Of a DNA stretch of 64,000 nucleotides, positions 21,345 through 35,019 are shown piece after piece. Source of the stretch: Trichosphaerium sp. ATCC 40318. Taxonomy: Eukaryota > Protista > Tubulinea. Location of the stretch: assembly GCA_038496445.1 (NCBI GenBank), contig JALMLS010000315.1, forward strand, positions 117,616 through 181,615. The letters run 5' to 3'. Made by a program: the position numbers and the translations under genes. The notes under the pieces were generated by a model. It worked only from the letters and a program-made list of their open reading frames with translations. It was not told where the DNA came from and ran no database searches. The stretch's first letter is position 1; each line of letters starts with the position of its first letter.

Positions 21345-22950
21345 TTACTTCATAGCAGGCATCACGCAATACGTAATGGCCCTTTTAAGCAGCCTACATT
21401 TTTTGTTAAAATCACCAAGGTTCGTTGAAGCGGGCACTCTCCGCAAGTTATCTGTTTTGCTGCGTACCTTTGCGCTGATTTAGACGTTTTGAAACGATGC
21501 CAGTCCCACTTGTACTCGGGGTATACTAGCGATAGTGCATGCGGATAATACTGTAGAAAACCCTTTGCACCTACACCAAGAAGCTGGTCTGTGGACACGT
21601 GATACCTACGAATAGTGTTATTGTCTATCTTCAATGCATTGGGTAATTTCAGAATCACATACCAATCGCTTGCGGTAGTTATATCGAACTTGCGCGCAAC
21701 GCCACGCACGAACTCCAGTTGGGTTTGTTTGTTCCAACTCACGCGAGATCCGTAAGTCGGCACAGTGTTCAAAAAGACAGAAGAAACAGTGGAGGACAAA
21801 CTGCCGCGGTACCTTCATTAAAAAAACTGGTGTTAGGTTTGGTTTACAATCAATACGTTAAATGTACCTCAGCAGAAGTGAATGAAGTCCTTGGTCTATA
21901 ACACGTTGCGGAGATATACGACGCCAATCGTCATGAGTGTATACTTCGAGCTGTTTGCCTACGTAATCTAAGGCTTCGTGTCGGTTCAGCATTTTATCCC
22001 AATACCCAACAGGAGCTCGTCTAGCGCCCACGTGAATACAAACAACAAACTCAACACGTACGAGAATCGCCATGGCTGCCAATTATGGTGTGGATATATT
22101 GCTTGCAAGTATGTCGAGATTGACCTGTTGTACCTATACGCTATACGATTAATGTGAGACAGACCACTTGCAGTCTTTTACCCTTGTACTATGTAGCCAA
22201 CATGTGCTTCAATGTCTTCGTTTGTAAGACTGTACCATTCGTCCATGTCTTTGATACCAAGGATACGGCCAAGACGGTTAAAATACTGTCGTTGTGTAGA
22301 TAGGTTTTCAGTCTCAAGTGCAGGTGGCGCATTACTATTTGCATGTCACGTTGTGTTAGAAGCGTAAAGTGTAACGCACCTAAACCGCTCTGGCCTCCAA
22401 GAGTGCGCTGGGTATAGAGTTTTGAGTGAACAACGAAAAGAATAGCCGTGCCTACGCTTTGTCAATACGATTGTTTAAAGTTTGAACGCGAATTGCCTTT
22501 TAATAATATGACCACCTCCACAACGTGCAATTATGGCTGATTCAATACGATACCAGTCATCCAAGTGTCTAATACCTAACTTCTTGCCAATCGAATCTAG
22601 CATTACTTTATCTGTATTCTTTACCCTTCTAATACGCGTTGGCGCTTGCCTACATCTGTCAGACCACAAACTAATCCAATAACGCACCAATCAAACGTAT
22701 GGAGTCTATTTGCGACATGGTAGCCGTTTTGATACGCTTTAGGTCTTACAGCGCTACTTGCATATTGTAACCGCATCTTTGCTGCATCACAGATACCACA
22801 GCGCTCTTTGCTGAGCTTTGACTCGTAAACAAGCACGTGACATCTGTGGAAGACTTAGGTTCACTGTAAATCAACGCTAAGCCACCAACACTTTACCATA
22901 CGCTCTGATACTTACGCTGGTGCTGTCTGCTTAATTATTACGCTCAACAT
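21345..22950 (-). CDS. Tandem ~70-aa Trp-rich (DDWY / YP..W..F) repeat protein A, no C-terminal nuclease domain
   Basis: Four repeats: LGIRHLDDWY, LGIKDMDEWY, LEVYTHDDWR, FDITTASDWY; three are closed by YP..W..F. The last exon is uncertain. Confidence 0.75.
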
Positions 22951-22999
22951 AAATAAAACCGATCAAACCACGGCACACTAAACAACACTCAGGAATCCA

Positions 23000-23191
23000 A
23001 TGAGCGACAACACACCTAGCATACTTTCAATTCTATTACGTCCCAGTATTGTAAATACATTCTACGGTACTTTGGTAGTAATAGTAATGTTCTTGGTACT
23101 GTGGATATCAATGTGCGCCTGTTGCAGAGCCGCGAACCCGAACGCGCGTAGAATGCCGTATAAACGCAAACCAAACAACCACCTTGTATAA
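23000..23191 (+). CDS. Small single-pass membrane protein (63 aa) with juxtamembrane Cys cluster
   Basis: One hydrophobic helix followed by CACCR and a basic tail; fills the gap between two genes. Confidence 0.55.
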   Translation: MSDNTPSILSILLRPSIVNTFYGTLVVIVMFLVLWISMCACCRAANPNARRMPYKRKPNNHLV

Positions 23192-23287
23192 AGGCTTCAA
23201 AACACAACAATGCGCAAGTACAGCTTCGCTGGCGTTTACTGTAAAACTAATTTTTATTTGTCACCCAATATAACCACATGCACTCCT

Positions 23288-24616
23288 CTATTCGTCCATG
23301 TCATCATCAGAATCTGACTCCAAGTCGGCCACGGCTATCTTTATGGCCTCATCCAAAGTGTCTTGTGGCACAGAAGCAAATTTATTTCCACTTTCTTTGC
23401 AAGCCCATCCCATCTCTAAAACGAATTCTTTGTCCTTGAGTTCATCGTGTACCTTGTAAATGCTACATCGATGTAAATATTCTGCGTTGACAAGTTATAA
23501 GCCGTACATTTTAGCGATTTCTACAACAGCTTGAGCACATGTCAAGTTAGCTAGATCCAATTTTTCAATCTCGGTTTTAGCGGCTTGTTTGCCTTTTCCA
23601 GCTGCGCATCCAAGGTATCCCTTGATATCAAAATTAGTTCACGTTAAAACGAATGCTAGTATTGACAAGAAAAAAAAAACGAATTTCAAAAAACACAACA
23701 TCATCTGCCAATCCCGCAATCAACTTATTATTAGCACATACCCAAGAGACGCCAGAAGGTTCTACTTTGTACAATTGTGGACCTGTTTCATCAATACCAC
23801 CCATAATGCCAGAGCAACCAAAAGGCCTATTCATTAATCAACGATTACAACAATTTGTTGTGACCATATAAAAAAAAAACTTGTCATGCGAAGATATCAA
23901 GAGACTACGTACCTTACTACAGCGTATATTGTGTGCATTTGAACGAAACCGGCGAGGCGATCCATTAATACGCGTACAGGTACGTCATAACCGTAAAAGT
24001 TACTACACAAAACGTCAAAAAAAACAATCGTCAAAATTGGAAAAAAAAATTGAAAAAAAAAATGTTAAATACGCACCGCCATTGTTTTGCTTCTTTACGA
24101 GCTTTGTCCAACAAGCGAGAAGTATCTGCCATAAGACCTGAAGCTGCCTATCAAGGGGAATTAGCAAAAGTGACATGGAATTTGGGTGATAACACGCCTG
24201 CAACGCTTTTTCACCTCATAATAACAGCATATGAGCTTAAATTAAAGTGGCGTACCAAGCCAACGTGTTTGTCAATAATATTGACTCTTCGGTTGCTGGA
24301 GGGTTCAAGCATTTTTGAAAGAACAATTTTTTCACATCCTAGCACTACACCATCAGTGCATTTGAGTCCAATTGATGTTCTAGGTTCAAAATAAGCTTCG
24401 AGCTAAATTCAACGCGCAAACGCCATACCCGCTGTTTTCTACGGCCTTTGTGGCATACTGTACTTGAAAGACGCGGCCATCAGGAGAATAAGTGCTCGCT
24501 GAAAGATCATACTATTATCGCTGTTAGCGTACAATACAACGACAAGCAAAGGATAAACGTTTAGAAAACGAATCAAAAAACAAAGCGTCTATTACCCCTG
24601 TTCCAATGCTACTCAT
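23288..24616 (-). CDS. PSMA3: 20S proteasome subunit alpha type-3 (alpha7)
   Basis: MSSIGTG|[23 protein letters not shown], acidic C-terminus [10 protein letters not shown]. Confidence 0.95.
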
Positions 24617-24728
24617 GTTATATAAGCGTTGTGGTTGGTGTTATTGCTTCAATGAGTATTTTTTTGTAACCAAACCACAGCGTAAAATGGTCATACAATG
24701 TCTCGCAAAACTTTATTGAGCGCTCCCA

Positions 24729-26170
24729 ATGGTACGTAAACCACAGTTTCTTATCATAATTATGTTGTTTAGGCAAAAACAGCTCCAACTACATGTGTAG
24801 TAACTGAAATTTTGACTAAGCAACCCCCATCAGGTAGACAAGGCCACGCAGGAGCGCGTTGCGGTAACAAGTGGTACATATTTGGAGGTAAATAGACATA
24901 ATTGTTGTATCTTAACATTCAACGAACGCTTTCAGGTCGACTACAAGGCCGCGGGCGCATTTACTCAAACGACTTGTGGTGCTTTGACCTTGACACTCGA
25001 AAATGGACAGAAAGTGCGTTGTACAAGGCTCTCAATGCGCTTCAACTATTTACACAATGCAGTTAAAGCCAAGAACGCCCCTAGCGTTCGCCACAACCAC
25101 ACAATGGCACGCACAACATCAATTTTTCGAAAAAGCGTAAAATTAATAATTATTTGACAGGTGTCACTTCAAGGTCTGTCAATAGCTATCGGCTATTCAT
25201 TCTCAGTATTTATAAAGGCGTACTATATATTTTTGGAGGCCAAGATAACAATGGCTACCTGGGCGATATGCATTCATTCACAGTGAGCAATGAGAAGTGG
25301 GAATTGGTACAACAACAAGGCACAATTCCAAAATCAATACATTCGCATTCGGCTGTTGTTTACAAGGACTGTATGATTATTGCTTGTGGGCGCAATGGTT
25401 ACAGGCCTGCCCACTATACCAATGACATAAATGTGTATCACTTTAAAACTAAACAGTGGAGGAAGCCAAAAATTCAGGTAATAAAAAACGGGTTGAGTGC
25501 CAAATACTTACCATTGACAGGGTCAACCACCACACCCTCGATCTTACACAAGCTGTGCTGTAATCTCATCAAAATTGTATGTATTTGGCGGATACTACTG
25601 GGATGGATCAGAAAGTACGGTGGCAGCCTGACACAACATTAACAATACATAGCTTATTTCAATGATCTTTGGTCATGTGATCTAGAAAACTTCAATTGGG
25701 TACAAATTCCGTTGAGCGAGTGTAACGGCAAAATAGCAAAGAGAAACAGGTAACAATAAATCCAAAAGTGTTATTAACAACGCGCAGGAATTCATTGACA
25801 GCTATACAATTTAATGGCACATCAAGTTTAGTACGCATTACACAACTTTTTTTGTGCTAACTCCATTGTGACAGATAATGTTTGGCGGGAATTTCTACGA
25901 CAACCATTCTACAGACGTCTTTTTTGACGATATGTGGGTGTTTACTAACGCAGCTGACAAATGTACAGCAACAAAGATCGACATTAAAGCAGATGAAGCA
26001 CAAAAACTAAAGCTACGGAGGTACCTAAGCCTGTACGACTCAAAGTTGATGCTAATAAACGCGAAAGAGGTCACCATCAGATGTGCGTACATAATGACAC
26101 TTTACTCATGTTTGGAGGTGAAGCAGACAGGACCAGATTCAATGACATGTATGAGTGGCAATTCCAATAA
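24729..26170 (+). CDS. Kelch-repeat beta-propeller protein
   Basis: Repeated PSGRQGH / PSVRHNH / PHPRSY ... YIFGG motifs; the first coding exon is only ATG. Confidence 0.88.
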
Positions 26171-26226
26171 AACCGAAGCAAGCTTTCAAGAGAATTCTCA
26201 GTTTTATTTTTTGTTTTTTGTCGCAA

Positions 26227-26764
26227 TTAAGAAGTTTGGGATTGCATGACACGTAAGATATCGGAGTCACCTACAAAATACGTCAATACAAGATAAATAA
26301 ATGAATTAAAAAACGGTTTCAATCCGCTTCGGTTTTTAAAAACGTTGTAGAGTTGTGTATGATTTCTAGGGTTTTTCGTACCTTCTTCTAGAACGCAGAA
26401 AACTGAAACTGGGAAGTAACGACCGCAAGCGGTACCCAAATCGATGTTACCACCATTGTAGTGGTGTACGTAACACTTGGAAAGCATAGCGAGGTATTCC
26501 ATTTCGGATTTACGCAAAGCTGGTGTGTTGTTGGCAATTACGATCAATTTAGCTGTATTCAGTGAGTATTTATGCGCAATAGTGAGTTTCTGTACCTTGG
26601 CCAGCTTTTAGGTTCTTTGTAGCTTGCTTGTTACCAAGGGTGTATTTACCAGACTTGATTACAAGTGCCAAACGGGAGTTAATGCTCTCTTGTGCCTTTT
26701 TCTAATGGATTTCGTCAGATGAGCGTGTGACCGTCTAAAACCGTACAGTCTTTCTTGATGGCAT
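26227..26764 (-). CDS. RPL30: 60S ribosomal protein eL30
   Basis: [44 protein letters not shown]. Confidence 0.96.
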
Positions 26765-26906
26765 GTTTTTTGTATTATGTTAATGACTAGATCTCCAGCT
26801 GTAGGTGTTTACGATGGTGCCTTCGCAGATGAAAGTTTTATCGAAGCTTAATCACAATTTCCGTTAAGTTATGCTCATATCCAGGTGCCAGTACTTACAT
26901 TTTACA

Positions 26907-29490
26907 ATGACCAGCACTACATTTGCAGGGCGTTTCGTTAGAAACTTGTATATATGTACTCTTGTGGCATTTGTCGCATTTCTTCTTTATTACACGCAAG
27001 AGAAGGACATTTTTGCCGGACAACAGGTACGAAACGCTTCACTACGCTCGTTACTCAACTACGACCAGGTAGATTTGCATAGTAAAGAGTATGACCTTAA
27101 ACCTTTGGGAGGGCCTGTTATTAGCGACCCTATCTTCAGATTCGTTGTTGAACTAACGGAAATGAGGTATTTCTTTTTTGGATACGTTGTGCAAACCGTT
27201 AATAAGCTGTATAGTCCTTTCTCTCTCTTCCAAAAGTACCTACGCGAAGATAACGACTTTGCGGCTGCCCGGCGATTGGCAGCACAGATAAATTTGCCCG
27301 GCAAGCAACTGCCGCTCGTTAAACCGACTAAAAGTACTGAAATACTACTCTAAAAACATACTGACTTTCCAAAGATCAACTAAAGTTCGCCAAAGATGAA
27401 GCCAAGCATTTTAACATCAAACACTTTGCGGATGTAAAAACAAAGCCTGAATCCAACGGTTTTAGGCAAGATACTTTACTCACTGTGGACAACTGTACTG
27501 ACAGCATATTAGGTACTGGTCCATTGAAGATTTCGCTAGAGCATATCGTGAAGGCACTGCAACACCTACCAAAGTTGCTTTATCCGTCATTGAGGCCATC
27601 AAAGATTCAAACAGTCTCACAGTACGTCACACTATTATCGCGTGGGTTTTCACACTGACACTGTTCGTTTACTCAAGCCTTCTTTGGCTGCTGTGATCAA
27701 GTACAGAGAGGATTTGATCTTGGAACAAGCAGAAGCCTCCACGCTCAGGTTTCAAAAAAAAGAAGCTTTAGGTGTATTCGATGGTATCCCTGTATTGTTT
27801 AAGGATGATATGCACGTTAAGGGTTTCAACACTAGCCAGGGAACAAGCTTTATTGGTAAAGAACTTGAAGTTAGAGATTCATATGTTGGTACAGAGCAGT
27901 GTCACTCAGTAACTTCATTCTCACACTATGTGCAGCTCGTAAGCTTCGTTCAGCTGGTGCTATTCTCGTAGGAAAGACCAACTTGCACGAAATTGGCATT
28001 GGCACGTGGAAACAGAGTCGATAACTCGATTTGAATTCCAAATAGCGATTGATATTCGATTTATTAACGTTGAATTGTAGGTGTTACAGGACACAATAAA
28101 TATTGGGGTACTCCACGTAACCCTTACAATACTGCACATTACACCGGTGGATCTTCTTCAGGCTCTGCAGCTGCTGTAGCAGCAGGTATAGTACCTGTCG
28201 CTCTCGGTACAGATGGTACGCCTTTAGTGTTGTTTTTTGTTTGGATTGTTTATTGATACCAATGTCAAGGTGGTGGTTCTGTTCGTATTCCCAGTGGATT
28301 AACTGGTATTGTTGGTACGTGCGTTAATTTTGACTATGGGTCATTGTGACGGTGATGATTAGGCTTAAAACCGAATTTTGGGCGCATATCTGAAGAGGGA
28401 CTACCTCCACTGTGCTGGAGTGTATCTCACATTGGACCTCTCGTAACCAGCGTAAAAGGTTTGTGTTGATTACACGTTTTAACAAATCAAGTACGATAGT
28501 TTTGACGTGCTTTAGATGCTGCTCTTGTATATGCTCTGTTGGCAGGCCCTGAAAAAAGTGACGAGTATACGATGATACAGGTATGGCTCATATCCCATAT
28601 ATGTTTTTGGATTGTGCTTTAATTGAAATGTGTAGCCACCAGTGCACATGCACCTCTTTAACGCACAAGGTCATTTTCAGGATATCACGATGGGTGTTTT
28701 TGGCCCATGGATTACTGATTGTCAAGTGAATATAAGACAGGTAAATATCCTACCTTGCAACATTTTTCTTTGAAAAAAATTCTTACTTTGAACGATAGGC
28801 TGTTCTAGGCATGATTCAAAAATTGGCGAATAATGGAGCGAATGTTAAAAAGGTTGTAGTACCTCACTTGCACACTATTCGTGTTTCACACGCAATTCAA
28901 ATTGCTTCTGAAATGGCTTCATCTATGGACAAGGCTTACAGTACCAATCGTAAAGACTTTGGAACCCTAACACGTGCAAACCTGAGTACGTTGCATTTTT
29001 TTAATCCTTATTACACTCTCCTTGATGGACTTATTTTAAATATAGATTTACTCCGTGGTGTGAGTGCTATGGATTATATTGCCAGTCAAAAAGTTCGAGC
29101 TTGGGCAATACAAGTCACAGAGGAACTCTTCAAAGAGGTAGATGTACTCATTGTACCAAACACAGCTATAACAGCTCCACCTGTACGTAATGAGACGACA
29201 AGTGATTTGTACACACTGTCGCAATTGATGAAGTACCAATTCTTTGGCAACATGGTGGTACGTAACAAACAACCATCTTTGGTTCTTTTGTAGTAAAATT
29301 GGATTAACTTGTACTACAGGGCATACCGGCTATTACTGTACCTATTGGCTATGATGATGATGGATTACCTATTAGTATACAAATCATGGCTCCTTACTGG
29401 CGCGAAGACATTCTGTTCAGGTTGGGTGGGTTTATTGAGAAACAAGTCAAGAAACAGAAGCCATCTGTTTATTATGACATTCTCGGATAA
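26907..29490 (+). CDS. Amidase-signature enzyme (fatty acid amide hydrolase-like) with N-terminal membrane anchor
   Basis: [39 protein letters not shown] (Ser-cisSer-Lys triad motifs). Confidence 0.92.
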
Positions 29491-29968
29491 TGTTGTAGAA
29501 TAAAACCACTTCAAATTATCCATGTTTTTCCAACCTCGTGTGAATGCAATTGTGATGCACTTGTGGGCACCATGACGTTCCCTGGTTGCTATCAGTTCAT
29601 TGTTTACTCACTTATCCACATGGGCTGTATCGACAGTAGGGTACGTACTCTCCGCTACTGAGTACAATCCTGCTATATCTGGTCATGTGGCAGTATCTGA
29701 CGAGGTGCTGCTTATCATTTAAACTGATAAACGTTACCCCAGAGGGATATTTTGCTTTACCGAGTGTATGATTTGAGTAGTATGGTGTGAGCATTTTGTT
29801 GGCTCTGTAGGCTACCCTTCTGGTTGTTCCATCTGTAAAGCCTGCATCTAAAGTAACATTCAGATACATACTTATAAACATGCAACTTGAAGCGCCCCGT
29901 TACATACCAGCCATACTATAGTAAAGATGTTTCCCAAGGTTTCCGGTCAGATCTTGTCTGCATTGAGG

Positions 29969-31838
29969 TTACTCTGCTTGCATTATAGATCGTTTGACTT
30001 TGTCCTCTGGTTCAAAAAACTGTCCGCTCTTTACATTTGCTATCAGTGGCTTGGCATCTTGAGCTCCTCTGATGTGGTCAATGGCAATATCCTCTCTGAG
30101 TATGGTCTTAGTTCAAGCTTTTTGCACAGTAGTTGTACCTATAACTGCGGATTGTTGCGGCTATAGAAGCGACATCCCTCTTCCACCAGTACGGTATATG
30201 CACTACTGTAATGCCATTCATCTTGCACAGTGCCTTCTTCTCCTTATCGCGTTCGGAGTAGCTATAGGCACTTCCAAAAGACTTGATGTCATGATAGTGT
30301 TGTTCCCCTTTTTGTGCGTTAAATAATATGGAATTCAACAATAAAATAATACCTTGATACTCCAATGCTAGATCAAATGCTGGAATGTACACATCAAGAG
30401 ACAGCTGTGTTGATTTGAAGGAGTGCTCTTCGAAGACGACGTTATTTGGGAATACTCTCCTAACAGCGTCTGCCAACATCCTAAAATTTGTTATCCAGGA
30501 GACAAATGTGGCATGGCGCCTTACTTTTGAACTGCTCTCTTGGTTCTTCCAATTGCGGTTCCCACATATTTGTAGTCTGGATACAATAGTTTAAGTGGCT
30601 TTGGCCAGTATGTTAGTACGCCACCAAGCCCTATAGAGACGAGTTGCTTTACTGATACACGTTGCCTATATAAATGTCATGACAAGTTATTTATAAAGTT
30701 GTATGGGCGCACCAATCAGAAGGGTGTTGTATGTTAAACTTGGATTCAGCATCATTCAGAAACGATACAATATTACTGTCTTCCCTCCAAAAGCCTCTTC
30801 TAAGTGTACTACAAGTTGCTCAGTTTTTATGGTGCCTTAGGTTCTTCCGTACGTAAATTTACGGTCATCCCATGTGTAACTTGGAAAGACTCTGCTTAGG
30901 ATATCTGAGAGGGACCCTTTGTGCCTGTAAGGTGTTAAAAAAAGAGTGTCAAGGTGTATGATGACAAGCGTACTGATCCAAAACTGCTTTCCCGCCCACA
31001 TCAATAAGAGTGCGTCGTTGTGCAGTGTACCAATCATCCAGGGTTTTATAATTTGCTTTTTTGCCCAAAGTATCAAAGACGTCACGTTGATTGTCTATCA
31101 CACCCCAAAATCCACGTGGCACATACCTGGAAGTATTGTTAGCACTATCTAGCGTTATCTTACAATCGCATATGTGCGTACTTGAAGTTCCACTCGGACC
31201 ACTTGTGGTTAGGGTACACCTCCATTACCACACGGGAAATCGATCCTGCGTACCTGCACCAGTTAGATACAGTCCATTGCTTACAATGCACGTACTTGGT
31301 AAATACGCGTCTATGACCCTTGGAGGCAAAGTTCGTTATTGAAAAGTTGTACCAATCGTCTAAATGCTTTATGTTGTACTCTTTACCAAGGTCTTCGATA
31401 GCAGCTTTGTTGTGTTCAAGGTTGGACCAAAGACCTTCTGGCACTCGACTACTCGCCTTTGTAAGTAGCACGTGCTGTATACAAACGTACGTGAAAGCCC
31501 ATTCTTCCCAAGACACTGTGGGATATACAGCTTTGAGGACATCTATGTGCGAGTGGTACCTGATATCACTGTTTATTTGACATTGTGCCAGTATACGTAC
31601 GACAGAAGCAGACTAGCGCCGCCACACCGTTTCCAATCGTCTTTGTTGTATCTGTACCAATCATCTAAAGTTTTAACGCCTAGAGCGATTGCAGCCTTTT
31701 CCAGAGCCTTTAGATGATGTTTTGCAACTGTGAAGTTGTCAGATTTTTTGTTACGCCATTCTGGTACTGAATTAGAAGCTGACGCATAGGCTAGACGCAA
31801 AACGTACGTAGTTGGTTACGTAATAACGACAGGCGCAT
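29969..31838 (-). CDS. Tandem ~70-aa Trp-rich repeat protein B with C-terminal RAP/Vsr-like PD-(D/E)XK domain; probable mitochondrial presequence
   Basis: N-terminus MRLSLLRNQL; four DDWY/SDW repeats; C-terminal LSLDVYIPAFDLALEYQGEQHY...RDKEKKALCKMNGITVVHIPYWW. The 3' end is uncertain and may extend to ~29500. Confidence 0.8.
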
Positions 31839-31994
31839 TTTATCAAATTAATTACATCAATACTGTCCGTTACAATGGCGTTATGAGGCTATTCTGTTTT
31901 TCTGGAGGAAACAAATAAAAAGGTTGTTGGTTAAGTGACGCTCAGCTATTTGTCCTCACGCTTCTATTCTTTACGTTCCTAATTCTTCATCGCA

Positions 31995-34900
31995 ATGTTA
32001 CGTTCGTACGCGAGATCTAGAGCTGTAACTACACAAAATGCAACGCCAGAATCAACCAAGCGCTCAAATTGTACCGTACCACAGGTAAGTACTCGCTACA
32101 CGCACAAACACGTCACTCAAATAACCTAGAACTGCTTTAAAAAAATTTTAATTGCCAACCGTGGCGAAATTGCATGCAGGGTCATGAGAACAGCCAAAAA
32201 GATGGGTATTAAAACTGTCGCAGTGTATTCGGACGCTGATACTTATGCCCTTCACACACGCACCGCAGACGAAGCAGTATACATCGTAAGAGTTTTAAAC
32301 GTCACCTAACATTACAAAAGTTTTTCCTGCCTCAACGTTAGCCTATTTTTCCGTTGTTACGTCGTTTTCTTCTTACACTGGTAAGGGAGAATCACCTAGC
32401 AGCAAGTCGTACCTGCAAATGGAAAAAATAGTAGAAGTCTGCAAACAGGTTGGCGCTGACGCTGTACGTGTTACTAGCGCAAAAATCGTGGCTAACGAGA
32501 GTGTAGGTTCATCCAGGGTATGGATTTTTGTCTGAAAACAACGAGTTTGTTGCCCTCCTTGAGAAAAACAATATTACTTTCATTGGACCTGATTCCCACG
32601 CTATTGAGTGCGTCGTTGATATAAAATAACACAGCATTTGTTTTCTAACAATGCCTGTAGTGTTATGGGCGATAAAATCCACTCCAAGCAACTTGCCAAA
32701 GACGCCGGCGTTAACGTTATCCCTGGTTTTGTAGGTGAAGTGCCAAGCGTGGAGAAATGCCTGGAGATTGCCAATGAGATTGGCTATCCTGTCATGGTTA
32801 AAGCATCTGCTGGCGGTGGTGGTAAAGGAATGCGTGTTGCCTGGAACGATGAGGAAGCGCGCGAAGCATTTCAGTACGCATTTAATTTAAGGCTGACATG
32901 TGGAAGAAAATCGTATTAATTGCCATCTGCAACCAAATTAGTTTTAACTAAAAATCGGTTTTAACACTTTGAATAGGCTATCCAAAGATGAGGCACTCAA
33001 AGCATTTGGTAACGACGCCATGTTAGTGGAGAAATTCATCGATCAACCACGACACATTGAAATTCAAGTGCTTTGCGACGGAAAGGACAAATACGTGCGA
33101 ATTCATTTTTTTGAGTGTGACAACAAAAGAATTAACGTGTTTGTAGTTGTATTTGCCTGAACGTGAATGCTCTATTCAAAGGAGAAATCAAAAAGTAATA
33201 GAAGAAGCGCCTAGTCCTTTTATTGACCCAGAAACACGTAAGAAAATGGGTGAGCAAGCTGTCATGCTCGCTCGCGCTGTCAAATACAAGAGCGCTGGAA
33301 CTGTAGAATTTTTAGTAGACTCTAAAAAGAACTTTTATTTCTTGGAGATGAACACTCGTTTGCAGGTACAGACTCTTTTTTTTTGTCTTAACTGTACGCT
33401 GACTAATGTTTGGCGTAGGTGGAGCATCCAATCACAGAGCAAGTAACAGGCCTCGATCTAGTACAACACATGATCAGCGTTGCTGCTGGTGTACCATTAG
33501 ATATCAGTCAAGAGAGAGCAGCATCAATAAATGGATGGGCTATTGAGAGCAGGCACGTGACACTTGTATTTTTTTTTTCCATGCTAACTGACTTGTTTGT
33601 AGAGTTTACGCCGAGGATCCACTCCGAAACTTCTTACCTTCTATTGGTCGTTTGAAGCACTACAGTGACCCATACGCCATCACACAGAATGGCACTGTAA
33701 GGTATGTGGTTGGTGTTTACTGTATAACCAGCTCATTTTTGTGTTTTAGGCTGGATACTGGTATTGTTGAAGGTTCTGAAATATCTGTTTACTACGATCC
33801 TCTTATTTGCAAGCTTTCTGTTTGGGACCAAACACGTACGGAAGCCATAGATGCAATGAAAGGAGCTCTAGATACCTATGTAATTCGTGGGGTGAATCAT
33901 AACGTGAACTTCTTGAGAGATGTTATGGAAAACAAAACATTTTGCGAGGTGCGTTCTTACCCGCTTTCACGTGCACCTTTAATCAACTCACATGGTATGT
34001 TTTAGGGCGCCCTCTCTACAAACTTTATTCCAGAAGAATACCCAGAAGGATTCCATGGTCACGTCTTGAAACCAGAAGAGAAGCAAAATCTCTTTGGCGT
34101 TGCGGCTGTTGTACGTTTTTTAAACTCGGGTTTCACTTCTAGTGCATTAGCCTCTAAGACTGCATGTTAGATGCAAGCGTTGCGCACGCATATTAAACCT
34201 AATGGAGGCGATATCGAAATGGCGTCAATTAACAGACCACAAGAATGGCATCTATCACTTGGTGGTAAAGGTAATACACGCTCCTTGTATGCGCATTCTC
34301 TCTAAAAAGTAACTGTTAAGGTGCTGAAACGGTTCCTGTTATGGTATGCGGCGACCCTTCGTTTGATGGACCAGTGCTCGCTGTTAAGTTCCCTGATGGC
34401 AAAACCTTATACGTTGATGTTACTAAATGTACGGCACATGACAACACTTTTTTCTTTGGTTTTAATTTGCGCTGACACTTTACCAGATACACCTGGAAAC
34501 AAGGTGATTGATGTAACGATAAATGGGGTTCGAACAGTATTCCAACACATGAGCACAACTGGTGTTAACTACACGTTGCAATATATTGGATCTTCGGTTT
34601 GTGACATCTCTTCTTGTGTTTTCGTTGCAGCTAACAAGGATTTGTGTTTAGTATGAAGTTCGTGTCATTAGTCCAAGAGAAGCTCAATACATCGACCACA
34701 TGCCTGAACCGCACGTATTGGATTTGACACAATATGTTGTCAGCCCAATGGCCGGTACTCTCGTCTCTGTAGCTGTAAAAGCTGGTGATAAAGTATCAAT
34801 TGGCCAGGAGGTTGCAGTAGTAGAAGCTATGAAGATGCAAAACATGCTTCGTTCTGAGAGAGATGGTATTGTTAAAGAAGTTAAGGTACCTTAGACATCA

Positions 34901-35019
34901 CTATCTTTCGTCTTGTGGCGTACTCACCAGTTTGAATGTAGATATCCAAGGCTGGAACAGCTGTAGAACTCGACCAAATCATCATATCTTTTGAGAATGA
35001 CGAAGAAGCTGAGGCTTAG
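31995..35019 (+). CDS. PCCA: Propionyl-CoA carboxylase alpha chain, mitochondrial
   Basis: [48 protein letters not shown], biotin-attachment motif EAMKMQN; Arg-rich presequence. Confidence 0.92.

Noticed and set aside
26270-26381. Longer RPL30 intron as a snoRNA host
   Set aside because: No convincing C/D or H/ACA boxes are visible.
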